Source of the DNA: Candidatus Aminicenantes bacterium
Lineage (GTDB): Bacteria; Acidobacteriota; Aminicenantia; Aminicenantales; JAFGAV01
Assembly (NCBI GenBank): GCA_963702835.1
Contig: OY969762.1
Coordinates: forward strand, 1,838,626-1,902,625
Direction of reading: 5' to 3'
Length of the DNA: 64,000 nt
Part shown: positions 61,601-64,000 of the stretch, in pieces
How the letters are laid out: each line of letters starts with the position of its first letter
How positions within the stretch are numbered: position 1 is the stretch's first letter
Translations under genes and position numbers: made by a program
Notes under the pieces: generated by a model
The model's database searches: none
Told to the model about the DNA's origin: nothing
Seen by the model: only the letters and a program-made list of their open reading frames with translations

Positions 61601-62533
61601 CTAGATATATTCGATGGTGGCCGGGGGTTTGGGCGTCAGCTCGTAGCAGACGCGGGTTACAGTGGGCAGCTCCTCGGTGATCCGTTTGGCGATTTTGTTG
61701 AGCACGGTCCAGGGGAGCTGGGTCGGCCTGGCCGTCAGGGCGTCGCGGCTGTCCACCGAGCGGACGACGATGATGTCGCCGAACTTCCGCCGGCCCTCCT
61801 CGACTCCCGTGCCGCGGTCGGTGAGCAGCACGGCGAAGGCCTGGAAGGCTTTTAGCCTGGCGGTCTCCGCCTCGACGATGGCCGTCGCCCGCCGGACCAG
61901 GGCTACCCGCTCGGGTGTGACCGGTCCCAGGACTCGGGTGGCCAGGCCCGGCCCGGGGAAAGGCATCCGGCCGAAGATCCGGGCCGGGAGGCCCAGGGTT
62001 TTGGCCACCAGCCGGACGTCGGGCTTGAACAGGTCCTTGAGCGGCTCGATGACCCGGAAGCCGTATCCTTTTTCCGGGTCGATGCCGATTTGTTCCAGGA
62101 TGTTGTGCTGGGTCTTGACCCCGCCCTGGGTTTCCAGGATGTCCGCCTTGATGGTGCCCTGGATGAGGAAGCGCGCCCCGCTGCGCTTGACCTCCCGGCC
62201 GAAAACCTTGTAGAACCGGTCGCGGAAGGCCTTGCGTTTCTTTTCCGGGTCGGTCTCTCTCTTGAGGGCCTTGAAGAACTCCTTCTGGGCCTCCACCACT
62301 TGAACCTCGACGCCCAGCTTGCCGAAGACCTGCTTGACTTCCTCGGCCTCGTTTTCCCGCATCAGGCCGTCGTCGATGAAAATGACCTTGATCTGTCCGG
62401 CCAGGGCCCTGGCCGCCAGCATGGTGCAGGTGGAGCTGTCCACTCCGCCCGATAGCGCTGAAACGGCGATATCCGCCCCGACCGTGGCCTTAAGATCCTT
62501 GATGCCGTTGGCGATGAATTTTTTGACGTTCAT
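61601..62533 (-). CDS. GMP-synthase-type PP-loop ATP pyrophosphatase, stand-alone (GuaA C-terminal-domain homolog / subunit-B-like)
   Basis: The PP-loop is SGGVDSS. The C-terminal dimerisation end ...CYELTPKPPATIEYI resembles the GuaA terminus. There is no glutamine amidotransferase domain. ATG 62533 is used. Confidence 0.65.
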   Translation of the reverse strand: MNVKKFIANGIKDLKATVGADIAVSALSGGVDSSTCTMLAARALAGQIKVIFIDDGLMRENEAEEVKQVFGKLGVEVQVVEAQKEFFKALKRETDPEKKRKAFRDRFYKVFGREVKRSGARFLIQGTIKADILETQGGVKTQHNILEQIGIDPEKGYGFRVIEPLKDLFKPDVRLVAKTLGLPARIFGRMPFPGPGLATRVLGPVTPERVALVRRATAIVEAETARLKAFQAFAVLLTDRGTGVEEGRRKFGDIIVVRSVDSRDALTARPTQLPWTVLNKIAKRITEELPTVTRVCYELTPKPPATIEYI

Positions 62534-62881
62534 GCGGTCCCTCCCTTCCTCCGAATGAGGCCTATCATACATAAGAGCACAGCTCTTGTCACGGCGCATG
62601 GCCGGTGAGCTTGAGAGGAAGCCGGTGAGAAAAAAAATATAGGCGTGCGTCATTATCATCAAGGAGGGCTCACCCAAGACGTACCCCTAAAATCCGGGCG
62701 GGAGCTAAGCCTCTCGCCCCCCTCCCTCTCCGGAGTTCAGGGCTTGAGTAGAAAGGACCTGGCCCAGAAGACGAACAGGCCGCTCAACCCGCCCAGGATC
62801 GGGCCCCACTGGTAAAGATAAAGGAAAGAACCCAAAGGAGGGCATAGCGCAGAATGGTCATGGCTGCGGCGGGGGAACCAC

Positions 62882-64000
62882 TTATTCGAACATCAGGCAG
62901 ACGGCCACGACCCCGACCCCGTTGTGGACGCCGATCACCGGCGCGATGTCCTGGATGAAGGCGGGCGGCCGGCCCAAGAGGCGCGTCAAGCGCTCGGCAT
63001 ACACCTCGGCCCGCGGCCGGTTCAGGGCGTGGACCACGGCGTAGTTCCACAGGCCCCGGCGGCCGGCCTCTCCGGCGGCCATCTTCAGAATCTTCTCCAT
63101 GTTCGCCCGGCGGCCGATCGACTTGCCCCAGGCCACAACCTTGCCGCTCTCGTCCAGGCTGATGATGGGCTTCAGGTTGAGGATTTTTGCCAGGAATCCC
63201 TTAAGCGGGCTCACCCGGCCTCCCCGGACCATGTAGCGGAGCGTCTGCACATCGACCAGGAGGCGCGTCTTGCGGCTCCACTCTTCGGCCAGGAGGGCGA
63301 CCTTTTCGGCGCCCATCCCGCGGGCGGCGGCCTCGGCGGCCCTCTGCACGATCAGGCCCTGGCTGGCGGACAGGGTCTTCGTGTCGATGACCCTGACCTT
63401 GCCGGCCGGGAAGTCGGCGGCGGCCCGGCGCAGGGCGTCGCAGGCGCCGCTCAGCCCGGAGGAAATGGAAAAGACCAGGATGGACTTGTAGTGATCGGCC
63501 AAAAAGGACAATTGGCTTTGGACCAGGGACGGGCTGGGCAGCGAGGTCACCGGATGCTCGGGCCAATCCCGGAGAAGCCTGTAAAACTGTTCGGGCAGGA
63601 TGGTCAGCCTGTCCAGGAACTGCCGCTCGCCGAAGGACAGGCTGAAGGGGAGGATATGAACCCGGTGCTTGTCCAGAACCTCGGCCGGCAGGTCGCAGGC
63701 CGAATCCGTGACGATGGCCAGCCGGTGAGGACGGCCCCGGACGGCCTCCATCTGCCGGCGCATGTCGTCCACCTTGAGGTGCTGGGCCGGCCCCATTCCC
63801 AGCAGCTCGAAAAAGAGGTCGGCCGGCCTGTCGGTGTGGATATGAAAGCGGGCCTTTTCTTCGGAGCCGGCCACGATGGCCGAATCTCCGCAGGCCTCGA
63901 GCGAGCGGCGCAGCCTGTTCAGGTCAAGGCCCGGGCCGGACAGGACGGCCTCGGCGCAATAGCGCCGGCCGAGGCCGCGCTTAAAGGAATGGATCTTGGG
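62882..64000 (-). CDS. fakA: fatty-acid kinase FakA/YloV-like (Dak2 domain + DegV-like C-terminal domain); N-terminus lies beyond the window end
   Basis: The frame stays open from the window end: ...GDSAIVAGSEEKARFHIHTDRPADLFFELLGMGPAQHLKVDDM (end of the Dak2 domain), then LAIVTDSACDLPAEVL... (DegV-like fold). Confidence 0.6.
   Translation of the reverse strand, partial: PKIHSFKRGLGRRYCAEAVLSGPGLDLNRLRRSLEACGDSAIVAGSEEKARFHIHTDRPADLFFELLGMGPAQHLKVDDMRRQMEAVRGRPHRLAIVTDSACDLPAEVLDKHRVHILPFSLSFGERQFLDRLTILPEQFYRLLRDWPEHPVTSLPSPSLVQSQLSFLADHYKSILVFSISSGLSGACDALRRAAADFPAGKVRVIDTKTLSASQGLIVQRAAEAAARGMGAEKVALLAEEWSRKTRLLVDVQTLRYMVRGGRVSPLKGFLAKILNLKPIISLDESGKVVAWGKSIGRRANMEKILKMAAGEAGRRGLWNYAVVHALNRPRAEVYAERLTRLLGRPPAFIQDIAPVIGVHNGVGVVAVCLMFE

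Overview
This 64-kb window is a high-GC (about 60-65%) bacterial chromosomal segment. It is mostly housekeeping genes, with several small lower-GC accessory islets.

Features, left to right:
- A minus-strand surface-polysaccharide locus that runs off the window start. It holds a complete CDP-3,6-dideoxyhexose gene set (a partial epimerase/reductase, rfbF/ddhA, a ddhD-like reductase, rfbH/ddhC, rfbG/ddhB), a 3' gmd fragment, wzz and a lipoprotein gene. An RfaH/UpxY-type NusG paralog sits at its head, with a perfect ops-like motif (GGCGGTAGCCTG) in the leader.
- A c-di-GMP signalling module: sensor histidine kinase, CheY-like response regulator, and a REC-PAS-HD-GYP phosphodiesterase.
- Two tandem outer-membrane β-barrel paralogs, then tRNA-Thr(CGT).
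- smc (frameshifted).
- A radical-SAM(B12) / Na+:solute symporter / HDAC-like cluster.
- A large Trp-rich secreted protein.
- PBP1A.
- A degraded toxin-antitoxin islet: an MNT-like stub, a gene remnant, and an AbiEii then AbiEi-like pair in reversed order.
- tmk, degP, dapF, a FadL-like outer-membrane protein, thiL, lon, hsp20, nrdR, and a flippase-like membrane protein (frameshifted).
- tRNA-Gln(CTG), whose 3' 47 nt are repeated about 0.9 kb downstream. The two copies bracket a single βγ-crystallin-like secreted protein gene.
- An uncharacterised operon: zinc-ribbon membrane protein, MinD/ParA-like ATPase, a J-like/RodZ-HTH protein, and a DUF4097 lipoprotein.
- A TetR-regulated tripartite ABC efflux system: HlyD, two ABC ATPases, TolC, two ABC-2 permeases.
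- A TPR protein.
- A three-copy palindromic 72-nt repeat flanking a CARDB-like secreted protein and a small membrane protein.
- An S9 peptidase (frameshifted).
- A canonical AbiEi/AbiEii module next to tRNA-Glu(CTC).
- A stand-alone GMP-synthase PP-loop subunit and a partial fakA.

Five genes carry apparent frameshifts, three of them at homopolymer runs, so indel sequencing error is likely. No CRISPR array, integrase or transposase was seen.
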